The translations under genes were made by a program, and so were the position numbers. 64,000 nucleotides of DNA, from assembly GCA_964035545.1 (NCBI GenBank), contig OZ037770.1, positions 10,932,463-10,996,462 on the forward strand, written 5' to 3'. This document shows positions 1-13,200 of this stretch, piece after piece. Positions within the stretch are counted from its first letter, which is position 1, and the number at the start of each line of letters is the position of its first letter. The notes under the pieces were generated by a model. It was not told the DNA's origin, made no database searches, and worked only from the letters and a program-made list of their open reading frames with translations. This DNA is from Bugula neritina (lineage: Eukaryota > Animalia > Bryozoa).

Positions 1-417
1 AAAATTAATGTTTACAGAAACTAAACCTGAACATGCGGAGCAATTTTTTAAAAAAAGTAAGCAACTCCCAAAATCATAATATTTTCTTTAAGAATTTTCC
101 ACAGACTGTTGCCATTTATTATGTTACATGGCTGTGTAAAATTATCTGTCTTTTAATATTACTGTTTAACCATTTTGTTGCATAAAGACAATAAAAATAA
201 TGTTATGTCATCTATTAACTAAATGAGTAGAAATACACACAGCCAAAATTTTTCTCAACTCTGACTTTTCCCCCCTAAAACTCCTGGGTATTTGCTACTA
301 AAACAGATACTCAACACAAAAAATAAGTAGCCTATATTTAAAAATAACTGAACAAAACCTAATCAAAAGAAATGATCCTAAATTCCAACATTTAATTATT
401 ACCCTCTGAATAATATA

Positions 418-631
418 TTAAAAAACTCACACAAGTTTACAGTCACTATCCCTGTGAGAACCCCTGATGGAAAGGTTTTTTTAACGCCGGCTAAGAACTT
501 ATTCATATGAGGCACAGGAGCAATTAAGACTGGATGCTCTTCCTAACATCATCAATGGCCTTTACTGGGAATCGAACCAATGACTTTGTGTTTACTAAGC
601 CAGCGGTAAAACCCCTAGACCACAGCTGACC
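418..631 (-). mobile_element. tRNA-derived SINE (Meta-SINE-like central domain)
   Basis: The minus strand reads GGTCAGCTG-TGGTCTAGGGG (A box) ... GGTTCGATTCCC (B box), then GATGTTAGGAAGAGCATCCAG. Related copies lie at ~20030, ~51280 and ~53507. Confidence 0.8.
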
Positions 632-1460
632 CATATCTCCTGGATAATTTAATATACAACACAAAGATAGCCTATTTTACACAACTTATTGCTGCATCTC
701 ACCGGCCACAGTATGTTTCCCACTCAGTTGGAGTAAACCATGTGCCGTCTGACTTTATACACTTTCCTCTTCCACCTAGAGAGAGAAATTACTACATAAC
801 ATGACATAAAATCAATATAACTGTCTAACAAACTATTTTTAGCCATAATCAACACTTGGTTTACATGTATAAAAAGGAAACCAAACCCCTTTTCCCACCC
901 GATTTTTACTTTCACATTCAGTTTTTCAAACTCTCACAGCTAGCCCTACAGTGCAAATAGCTCCAATAGTAATAGTAATACTGCAAGTTGTTCGCTATTC
1001 AATAATTACTAGTTATTATATTGGCCATAGACATACTCACAGGCATTCTTCTGGAAACACTCAAGTGTTATACTTTAACTTATACTGTTATAGTTATTAA
1101 TATTATGCTTATCATAGTGATAGTCATAATATCAGTGACACACAAACAATAATATTAGTACAAAATATTATACTTATACTCCAAGTCTATAAGTATAATA
1201 AAAATTAAAAAAAATCAAATGATTAATGGAAAACCACAATCACTTTGTCACAATGACAATGGCCATGGGTGATACTGATTGTTAAAGCTATCAGTATCAG
1301 TATGAGTATGACTATCAGTACGAGTATGACTATGAGTTGATCTATATGCTTTCCAAAACACTGCTAATAGTAGCCTAATAACTATTAATTAATGTCGAAT
1401 TTTGATTTACTGTTAGTGTTAGACTAAGACTTAGTGAGTAAGTAAGTAGTGTTTACTAAC

Positions 1461-1932
1461 CAGACCCAAATTTGCTTTTGTGCAGATAACCGTTGGTATT
1501 TTTACATCGAACTGGTAGCTCTGCATCGTAAGCGGATGGGTCCCAGTCATATTTCCTGACTTGTCGGTTACGGTCATCATCATTTACACTGACAGTATGA
1601 GTAGTTTGAGCGATCAAAGGGTTTGATCCAACACCAATTGTTCGAACTCCATTTAGATTTAGGCTGTCGAAAGTAGCTTGATCGTGAATTAATATACAAT
1701 TTTTTATCCCTTGATTAGATGTTGTTATTTGTTCAGCAGGAAATATTCCCTGGCTTGTAGCAACAAAGAACTGGTCAGAATTAAGTTCAGGTGTTGAACT
1801 TGTTATTGTCATTTTACTTTCATTACCAACAAGGTTGGTTATTATGCTGTCTTCACCCACGTGGTCTTGTTGTTCATGGAAGTTTTCGGGGTGACTCGTT
1901 AGATCCTCGGTAATGTCAACTTCGTCAGCCAT
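1461..1932 (-). CDS. DEAF1: DEAF1 (SAND-domain transcription factor), first coding exon; gene continues off the left edge
   Basis: The ORF ends [32 protein letters not shown], matching the start of the DEAF1 SAND domain (KYNWDPSVYDSELPVRC...LGSG). A phase-1 GT donor lies at 1460-1459. Confidence 0.88.
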
Positions 1933-4257
1933 CGTTCACCCACAAATTAAATTTACTGCTGGAATAACATAAAAGTCAAAAATACGAAAACTAATTGTAG
2001 TTCACAAAATATTGAAAAACAATAATATTGGTTAACAGCTAAGGCTATAATTTATATAACAAAAAAGTATTTCATATCTTACTTAAATTCAAGATGTCGG
2101 ATATTTTCGGTTTTGGCCGCTAAATTAATATTCCCCTGGTACTTCGCTTATAAATCGAAACCTGAACTCAGTTAACCGATGTATTATTGGCGGAAACATT
2201 GCTAACTCTTTATTTCACGAAGTCACTATTCAGCTTAGTTAGCCTAAGATCCTATTTGCAATAATAAGACGTTTTTAATTGAAACCACTTCAGAAGTTAC
2301 TAAAATGGTTACTAAAATCACTAGCTACAGACTGTAAAAAAGTGCGAGTGGTTGAATGAGATCTCACTTGTAGCAAAGTTCAGTACCAGACTTTGAGTTG
2401 ATTATGATTATTGAGCAATTAAATTATACACAGTACTGGTGCTAGTACTAATGCATGGTAAAATTAGCAAACACAGAATTTTGCTTCAAGTGCACGAGTT
2501 TAAAAGAGTGATCGTGTATAAGCTTAAACATAAAGTAAAAACTGAAACTAAAAGTAAAACAGTTCAGTTGACTTACTCTCACTCTCAGTCTTACTCTTAG
2601 TCTTAGTAAGACTAAGACTCTTGCTCTTAGTCTTACCCGTACAGTTAGTGTTACTGTTAGTGTTATCCTTAAGCATCAGTCTAAGTCTTACACTCACAGT
2701 CACACTCACTGTAACTGACAGTGACACTCACACTGACACTGTGAAACTAACTTAGACCGTCAAATGTCAATCCCTGTTCGCCGTTCGGTCACACTCACTG
2801 ACTCAGCAGTGTGCGGGCACTTTTTAAATTCATAGGTGACTGTTGCAGCTAAGCAAATATTTTTAGTTCTACCAAAAGTTATTATAATTATTTTGATTAT
2901 TGCCATTGCAAAGGTAAATAATTAAAAGTTATTTATAATACTAATAGTAATTATTATTAATATTTATAGTTATTTTTTTATTATACATATTGTCTATTGA
3001 TATTCTAGTAGCCCTACTAATACTAATAGCATTAGTAATACCTATACCTAATCTATTACTTATACTTATAGTTATACTTATTAAGTTATAGCAGTACTCC
3101 TACTAGTACTATCACTGTATAAGTATAACTATAAGTGTATTATTATTAAATTTGGATATACTTATAGTTATAGTACAATAAAAATGAATTAAATTTATTA
3201 ATAATAATATTAATTGCTATTAACTTTAAAAATTAAGGACTTTAATTTTATGGTTGAATTTATTTGCGATTTTAAATTATAATTATATTTTTATTATTTA
3301 CTATAAATTAATTTTAATTACGATCACAATGACAATAATAATCACAAGATTCAGATTGAGACCAGTTATCGATTAGCATTGACAAACACAATCACAATGG
3401 AGGTGTTGTTGATTTACTTTATATTATAGTAAATATTAATAAGCATCAAGTTTAACTGTTAGTGTTACTGTTAGTATTTGTGTTTAGACTACTTTTTAGT
3501 GTTAACTCTTTTGTCATTGAATTATTTGTTGTATTCTTTAATTATATAGTCTACTTTTTTAGTATTGCTTTTAGCTGGTGTAGAACTTTTTATTGACTTA
3601 CTTTTACTAGAACTAGAAGTTTAACTAAAAGTAGAACACATAGCTTCAGTTTGACTGAAAGTTTGAGATCAAGAGTAAATTCTAAAAGTAAATAGTAATT
3701 TAAAACCAACTTTGGGTGTCAGTGGACCTTCATAGTAAATTAAAGATTAAGATATTCACATAAAATAATTGATGGCTTTAAGCTTCAAGTCTAATTAAAT
3801 TTAAATAAATATTGAAATCCAAGTGCTTACAAACATTAATATATGATTTTGTTACTCTCAGTATTTTACACTTGGTCTCGCAGACTCTCACTCTCTCACT
3901 CTCATAGTTATAACTCATTGATACAAGGTTATGCAGCTGCCACTGTAATGAAGTCTCATTTGCTATAAGTCAAAGTGAAAGTAGACCAAAACTACCCAGC
4001 TAAGCTGAAATGCCAAACTCTATGCTAACTATAAAAGTGTAACTAAAAATGATTTTGGAAACCTGGTCATTTCCATTGCAAGTAATACCCTGTGGTGTTT
4101 ACAAATTCAGATTATCGAGTACCACCACCACTCCACCTACCAAATATCTACCTGAGAACTGAAAGTATTTGAGGAAGTTTGTCTTCCAGAAGCCAGACTC
4201 CTAGTTTTACTCTCTGGCTAACAATCACCAAATTGACCAATCAGAATCAATATCATC
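1933..4257. promoter_or_regulatory. Divergent (head-to-head) promoter and 5' region shared by DEAF1 and EMC1
   Basis: The two start codons point away from each other 2.3 kb apart. A possible non-coding EMC1 exon ends at AAG|GTAAAT near 2913. No TSS can be fixed from sequence. Confidence 0.5.
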
Positions 4258-7200
4258 ATGAACAAGCAGATGTGGCAGCAGCAGTATTTTAATTTTCCTA
4301 TGTTGAACTTATTTATATCCTTTATTTTGTTACCTTCAATAACTGGCTTATACGAAGATCAAGTAGGAAAATTTGACTGGTAAGTCTCACAGAACTTGAT
4401 AATTTATATTCTTATTTCAATAACAATACAATATAAATTATCTACTAATGGTATAATTGCTTTTATAATATATCTGAATAGCAAGATGGCATTTCGGTTA
4501 TCTCAATTTTTAATGAGTATATATGTTTTTGGTAAAATAAAATTTTAGTTGTGTAGTTGCAGTTATTTTATAGGTTTGCTTATGAATATTTGACTAAATA
4601 TTTTTACACTCTTATTGGTTGAATTTAAAATAAATTTTTTGTTGTTTTTATCACAGAGTGAGATTCCAAAACTTATTAAAATCGTTTGCTTGACTGTTGT
4701 AGGAGAATGCAGCATATTGGGAATATACAGAATGCCGTGTTTGATGTATCCCAAAAGTCGAAACATGTTGTGGTGTCATCTAAAGAGAACGTTGTTGCAG
4801 CTCTATCTATGAGTACAGGAAATATAGGTAACACTACATGAGAAATATATTTGCTCATGCTACTAATCAGTATGCGCATATCAAAAGCTGGTTTAATTTT
4901 TGTTTTTGCAAGTGTGCATATTTGAGTACAGCATTCATTTCATTCATTTTCGGTGATACTGCCCAAATACTGATACTATTAGTATTGATTTTGTTGAAGT
5001 TTGGAGGCATGTGCTGGAAGATTCCACACTCTTTAGTCTTCTTGAAACTCCGTCTGGCCTGATTACCATATCTTCGGATAAAATCAGAAAATGGAATCCG
5101 CAAGGAGGTTTCTTGCAGTGGGAGGCAACATTTGGTGGCACTTTGTCTGGCAGGTGAATTATAGAGTATTGTATTGTTTTTATTTTAAAAACTTTATTAT
5201 TTATTCTTCATGTTTTACGTTAATTTTATGATGTTATCTACTATTAGTTCGCTTTTCAATATATCATTTCCCATCAAATGAGGTGGAGGCTGCGTAGTAT
5301 ACTTTCTGTGGTTCTAATGTTGACCTTTTGCTAATTAAGGTAGAGTGTAATTAAATAGTTTCAAGTACTTCATTTTGTTTCACATAAAATATTCTTTATA
5401 GTTGCCATTCTCGAAGAATCAACTCCGAGATTATTCCACTTGAATTCATGTTTGCAACATCATTTGAAAATTATTGAAGTTTGCCCCTCAAATTTTTTGA
5501 GTTATTCTAGTTCTTGAATAATCAGTTTCTCACGAGAGTTGCAGATCTATAACCATGCGAGTCATATGTATGTCAGACTGGTCATGTGATCTCATCTTAT
5601 ACAGGGATACCTTTGCGCTGTCTGGCACTCAACTGGTTGTAGTTTCTTCTGACAGAGTCACTGCTTATTCTGTCAAGACAGGTTCAGAAACGTATTCTCT
5701 GGATGCATTGTGGGCTGGGTGAGTGTAGATATGTTTCACTGTTACATGATAAAAGTGTTTCTTTGTGGATAACACAGATCCACGATACACTGTACTGGTA
5801 TGTTTTAATTAATGTGAAAGTAACAGAGCAATTGGTATAAACAAGTAAACTGAAACAGAGATTTTGCCTACATTATAATTTCTTTTAATGATCAATCTAT
5901 GCTTTCTTTTATCAAATTAGATTTGTACACGTTAGACTGGGGTTGTCATATGAGAATGACCTTTTTCTCATTTCAATGGCACATACAATTACAGAAGAGC
6001 TTTGTAACTTCTCTTGAAAACTTCATAAGCACACAGTGATACATGTTTTTTCTAACTTGTACAAATCAATGTTTTGTGCAATAAAACCTAGTATTTTATT
6101 TGTTAGGAGAAACCTACAGAAAATATTTGTTAGTTCACTTAGTTGCAAGTCTCTCACTTGATATTCTGGGATTAAGCTCTGTCAACATGGCTGCTAATAT
6201 ATGCACTGTGCAAGGCTGGTAGCTTCCAGAGTTGCTGGAATTAGCAGACCATTCAAATATGTTTTGGTAAAATGGTTAGTCTTTTGCACTGTAAGAAGGG
6301 CGTGATGGTGCTTGGTTATGTACCAATGGACGACAAATCTTGAAACAATTGCTGGCACATATCCAGTTAATTTTCTTTTAGAAATAGCAAGCTAAAAGTT
6401 TTACGACAAAAAATTGTTGTAAGAAAGCATAGAGTTAACTATTATTGAGAGTTTACTCTATGCTTATTGCAAGTATCTGAGTTACATAATTTAGTTTCAC
6501 TTTGAATCAGTGTGTACTGTGTAGTGCTGTACTATCTGGATATGAAACTTGTATAGACTGTGGTCTCTCAATTGAAGGGCTGACGAGTTACATGTGGGAG
6601 CTGATGATGAGACTGTGTACATAGCAGCTGTAACCAAGGCTAGACTTACTCTGTATATTGTCAGAGATGAGATTGTTAAAGAGAAGACCTCACTTTCACT
6701 CGCACAATACACCAGGTAAAGTATATTACTGTAGTATATTACTGTTATATATTACTATACTGTGATATATTACTGTAGTATATTACTATATTGTGCTATA
6801 TTACTGTTATATATTACTATACTGCGGTATATTACTGTAGTATAGTACTATATTGTGCTATATTACTGTTATATATTACTATACTGCGGTATATTACTGT
6901 AGTATAGTACTATATTGTGCTATATTACTGTTATATATTACTATACTGTGATATATTACTGTAGTATAGTACTATATTGTGCTATATTACTGTAATATAT
7001 TACTATACTGCGGTATATTACAGTCTAATGTACATTATTACTGTTTGAACTTTCAATGACACTGAAGTTGTTTCCACTTGTGACAACAAGAGACAAGTAG
7101 CAGAAACCTGCGCTATATTCATAAGATGGAGGTTGTGGAAAAGCTGTACAACTCTATGAAATCAAATAAATTCTAAGCTTTATTAAATTTTATTTGAATT

Positions 7201-10200
7201 CAATTAAATGTATTTATTCAAACAGTAAAATATTATGTATTATTTATATATCTATTATATGAGTCGTTTTATATGGCTAGCATTGTGTGTTATATATCTA
7301 TAATAATAAATGTAAGCATTTATATTAATTATATATAATATAGTATATAGACGTATAATATTATTTTATTGCAAATCCGTATATTTTACTTTATTTTTAC
7401 TCAACAGCTGTTCCTCTGGGCAAGGTACATGGCTCTCCTGTTACAATAGTGCGACATTGCACTTGGAGTACTTGGATATGAGCCAATCAGTGGATAGAAT
7501 ACAGTTTACCCCTCTTTCAGATTCTACTGTAAGTACCATGATATCCTATTGGCTGTTCATACTCTTCTGCTGCAGTTCATAGGTCCCATGCTCTGTTGAA
7601 ATTTAGGTTTTTAAATAAAGACAAATTTAAAGCTTACATCTATTTCAACACAGTTTGTCTATGTTTGTGAGAAATACACATGGAACAAAAACTGCCAGAA
7701 TTCAATGGCATTATTTGAAAGTAATCAGAGGGGGTAAATAAAATGCGTGTCGCTGGGCACTCAAATGGATAAAACTCTGTCTACTATTCACTGCTATGGC
7801 TACAACATTTCTAGTCAGTTAAAAACTCAATATACTGCGTGGTAAGGCTTCAGGCCCGGTTTGATGGTGAACTCTAGTTAACATTCAAATCTATCATATA
7901 TATGTCTACTGGAGGGCATTTTACCTTTTTACTGCATGTTAAGTGAGTGTTCAATTTTGTGAGGTAGTTAAATGCTCAGCAATAGATGCAGCATAGATGA
8001 ATGCTTCATATTTAATTGGGTTATTTTTTTAAATGACATCAACTTTTCTAGGTGCACATCACTGTAGAGGTGTCAGTAGCTGAACATTGTTGTCGTTGAT
8101 AACTTTATTAGGTTATGTGCTACTTTCCATTTTTCATTGATGTTTGTAAACAGTTGCATTGAATAAAACCACAATAGGTTCACGCAAACTGCAACCACAG
8201 ATACATCATTTCCAAGCAATAGAAGGGCAGTGATATTTAATCTACATTATTTAGGCACTGAAATCAGGTATAGTTATTTGTACGTGAAATGATACAGCTG
8301 CCTAACTTTACTAATTGTTAAAATTCCATGCTTTGGTAAACGTATTATTAACATTTGTCTACTTCAAGCTACACTTTTTGCTAAGACACTTTGAAAGCTA
8401 GTGCCTGTGTCTCTTTACAGTATGCCCAACCACCTACAGTTGACTGGTTGCAAGACGGGGGCCTCCTTGTACACTCCCCAGATACAGGGGCTTACTACTC
8501 CATCTCAAGTTCTCAGGCTACACAAATTGTCTCATTTAAGGTACTTGGTGTTACTAGTGTTGAATCTATCGTAGCCTAGATATATAAATCTACTTAGAGA
8601 TGATGGAGTTATGTGTTAAATACTGATGTTTGCAAGCATAACCATGAAGTTTAGCAATATGATACTGTAATGTTCTTTTAATTGCTAGTGAATAGACTCT
8701 TCCAATGTACCTATTACTCACTTTATAATGGAAAGTTGTGTCTCCTTAGCAGGTACATTATTAATCATTCAGTGTGCTGGCTTCCACCACTCTAGCTACT
8801 CAAAGCTTGATTGAGGGGACACAACTCTCAATTATAAATTAAATATCAGCGGCATTGGAAAAAGGTCTAATGGGCACTTGTAACTTTGAAATGTGATGTC
8901 ACCAGAAGCTGTTTCACTAAAATTTGTTTACTGCAAATCATAAGACACCATAGATTGTTTCCTATAGTTGCTATTGTGACTATACAGTTACTATTGTGAC
9001 TATACAGTTACTATTGTGACTATACAGTTACTATTGTGACTATACAGTTACTACTGTGACTATAGTTACTATTGTGACTATACAGTTACTATTGTGACTA
9101 TACAGTTACTATTGTGACTATACAGTTACTATTGTGACTATACAGTTACTATTGTGACTATACAGTTACTATTGTGACTATACAGTTACTATTGTGACTA
9201 TACAGTTACTATTGTGACTATACAGTTACTATTGTTACTATACAGTTACTATTGTGACTACAGTTACTATTGTGACTATAGTTGCTATTGTTACTATACA
9301 GTGACTATTGTGACTATACAGTTACTATTGTTGCTGTGGTTGCTATACTATATTTGCGTATACTATACACTGTGTAGGGTGTGGGAGTTGTGACCAAAGA
9401 CCATAATGGTGTACCAATCCTCATGACTCTAAGCTTACTGTCGGACACAGCTGATGAAAAGGTAACCGTTTACACTCTATTCCTTTACATATAGTAGAGT
9501 TTCTATCTTGTAGTACATAATTTATTACTCGGTTTCATGGAGATGTAAAGGTTAGGTGTTATCTGGAAGTGAGGTACAGTACTGCTAACTTGCAGTTTAG
9601 GTGATTTCAAACTATTTTACATGTTTTAGTTATGTAAGTTGTGTGTTAGTTTCTGTACTTGGAATAATTCTCTTGTGGTTAATGAGGTACTTTATTCAGT
9701 AAAGGCTAAAAGCTGACTCACCAAAACTAGCAGCATCCATAAAACAGCAGTATTACATGACCACAGTCTGATTATTTTACAACCATCGAATTACTAAGAT
9801 GCCACGTACAAATCATGACATAAGATTACATGCTAATAAATTTCATAACTGCTGCTTTCACAATAAAGCCATATACACCCCAGTTGTCCCCAAAACCAGT
9901 TGATAGTTTGAAACTACTGTTATCAATTTATTAGTAGTAAAACTTTGTGTGGCAGTATATTAAGCAAAATGTGCACTAGAGCCTAGAGTTTCATGTTTCA
10001 CCACTCTGCCTATTGCCTACCTTACACTGCATGTCGTCACTCTATACTCCACTGTGTGTCACTATTTTCTTTCATATCTACCTTAGAGCTACCATTTAAC
10101 TGCATTTTGGCTTCAATCCTTCTTTAGTTGCCAGTATCATCTCCCACTGTACATCTCCGACACTCTCACCTCTCTCTTCACAAGTAAAGAACATTTAATT

Positions 10201-13200
10201 TTTTTAAATTTCTTTTTGCATTTTTAACTTGCAAGTTACATTTTTCAACTGTTTTAAATTTCCATAATTGAATTTTTCAACTAGTGTTTTTGTAATGCTG
10301 ATCTGACACATTGTAGCAGGTGTTTGACACATTGTAGCAGGTGTTTGACACTTTGTAGCAGGTGTTTGAAGTGAAAGCTTACTCTACTGAGGATGGCAAG
10401 GAGCTACCAACATACAGCTCTACTGTTCATACCTCAGTACTGGCTGCACCAGCACAGGTTGGTATATTAGTAGTTGTCTTCTCGGTGGGAAACATTGCAT
10501 CAAATTCAGGTTATTTGCTGATGGAGATATTATCTAGTTAGACAAATGGTAATTTAGTTGTAGTTTAAGTTTTGTGTTGAAAAAGTGTGGATTGTAAAAT
10601 GTTTAGTTTTATTTAACAGTTGTTAAAACACGTGTAATCATAGTTTTGTATTTGCTTGGTTTTTTGTGCAAATACTAAACAATAAAATGTTTTGATTAAA
10701 GTCTTGCAAGGCCCATGCAACAGTGTTTTTGCTTTCATTTGTCGAATTCTTTTATTGTGACTAACAATTTACTTTAAAATTTTGTCTAATCTATCCCACA
10801 AGTCAGGCTGTAGATTTTTCATTCACCGTTCAGTACATGGAAATTAAATTAAAATTTTGTGTTGAATGAAAAGTTTGTTGTAATCTTGATGTTGGATACG
10901 CTGTTACCATGGTGATGAGAAAGTTGTAAACTCTGTGCGGTGTTTTAGATATACCCGTACTTGTACAGTAAATCTGGAGGGACTGAGTCTTACAGACTTC
11001 TCATCGTATTCAATGACCACACTGTAGCCTTAGCTCAACAGACTGGTTAGTTTGCTTTACTGGGGGTAGTTGTACTGTTAGAGGTCTTCCCCCCCTAGTG
11101 TTTTCGCATCATTGTAAAACTTGACACTATATTTTTACCAGAATAAAGTTTTTCTTTTGCGCTGTGAAAATATATGCAGCGTAGTAGAATATATTTTAAC
11201 AAGTTTTTGTTTTGTTTTAATAAAGTCTCTTTTACATCGTGGAAATATGTTCTCCATAATAGAAGAATACAAACACCTAACAACGTACCATTTAACCCTA
11301 CTTGATGCATTAACATAGTATAGCAGCTTCACTACCACACAGAGTTTATTATTATAATGTACATGCTATGATTGCACAATATTTATCCAATAGATCTCCA
11401 GCTTTCTAACCATATACAAATAAGCTCTGTTATATCATCTAGTACGTATAGGTTCATTCATGCATATCTATTTTTTTCAAATATGTAGACTAGCCTTTGA
11501 GATGTTTCTTTTAGTTTTACACATTCTAATGCATCTTACTCTTGTGACATACTTTTTTAATTACTCTTCCATTGGTTTGGAAATGATATAAGCTGGTCAG
11601 TGAGATGTTCATTCATTAAAACAAGTTTCTTGCATAAAAGCCACATGGATATGTAAAAAGGTGGTGATTTTTTCAAATATATAAGCCAGTTATTGAGATG
11701 TTTCCTCTAGTTTTACACACTAACACATCTTACTCTGTAGGTACGATACTATGGCAACGGGAAGAAGCCTTAGCTTCTATCAGCTGCATGGAAATGGTGG
11801 ACCTCCCCGTTTCAGATGTTGAGGCTCAGATGGAGGAGGAGTTTGGTTCTCACTCTTCCAGTAAGTAGCCTGTGATCTGTTCTAGCAGATAAGGGAGGGT
11901 GGCGGAATGTCCCGAGTTATGTGTGTTTTGTAGCCACAGAAACAAAGTTTCTCCTAATTCTAGGTCATCGCGGCTTTAATGATAAGGTTTTACAAACAGC
12001 AGTTATTGTGTAGATAAAATATGAAAATATGCATGTCACTTTTTATTCAACATTCTGATTGTTTATCTCTGACCATTCAGTAGGAATGAATGCAAGATAT
12101 TGTCATGTAGTCCATGCTTGTTCCATGAAAACCTGTTCTGTATCTATTTTGCCAAGTCTTAATCTCAATAGTATTACAATATTAAGATTTCACCAACATA
12201 GACTCATCACATTTCTGCGAATTCGGTGGCACATGCTCCTTTGGCAGTGAGCTAATAAGCCACCAATGTGCTTCTCAACAGACTAAACTGTTATATCAGC
12301 ATTCCTTTCTCTTTTCCTTTTTAATACTCAACATATTTTTATCTGTTTGTTTTTGTTGGTGTATACTTGCTATACTAAATATTCGGTAACGAAGTTTTAT
12401 TTTACATAATACTAAAAAACTTTAATATCATGCTAACTCTGTCCACGACCTTCACCTTTGCCTCACCAGAGTAACTTTTTCATTATGTCGTATTGAATAC
12501 CAGAGTATCTTTTAGATATGCCCTCTCTCTCAGGTCAGTTGATGTTGTTTGCTTTGATTAGTTACTACCTCTACTATCTATAGTTTGTTTCTCTGTTGTT
12601 GCTTCTATGGAGAATGTGTGTTCAAGAGCCTACAGTTTTAGGGGACAACATAAGTCTATGCTGGGCACCACATAGTAATGGTGATGTACCATAGTTTCTA
12701 CTTTGCATAGAGCTGCACAAAAGGAATTCTCTAGAATAGAAAGGCAAAAATGTTATTATTCATATTATTTGCGTAAAGTAATTAATGTCTCAATAATGGA
12801 GTCTAAAATATTTTTGCTTTCCTATATAGTAGAATATATGTTTGGAGTGTACAAAACTTTATATCTGATAGAATTAGTCAGTTCCTAGCTTTTAATGATG
12901 TAAAAATTACAATATTTTTCTGTATAAGTTTTGCTTGTATGCATGGCTTTGGCTGGTAAATTTAGTTAGCAAGCCTCTAATGTGTAGTAAAAAGTGTACA
13001 TGTTTTATCTTTTGGCAGACTCTAGTTTGCTGAGTAATAATGCATAGTAGTAGGTTTAGTTTGCTTGCCACTCTACTAAAGACAAGTTTCTAAGTTTTTG
13101 AAGAAAATATTTAATGGTCATACTTTGCAGTAGTTTAAACTAATACCATGCATATTCATATCTATTTGTATTGAAAAAAATGGTATATTTTTACTTATAC

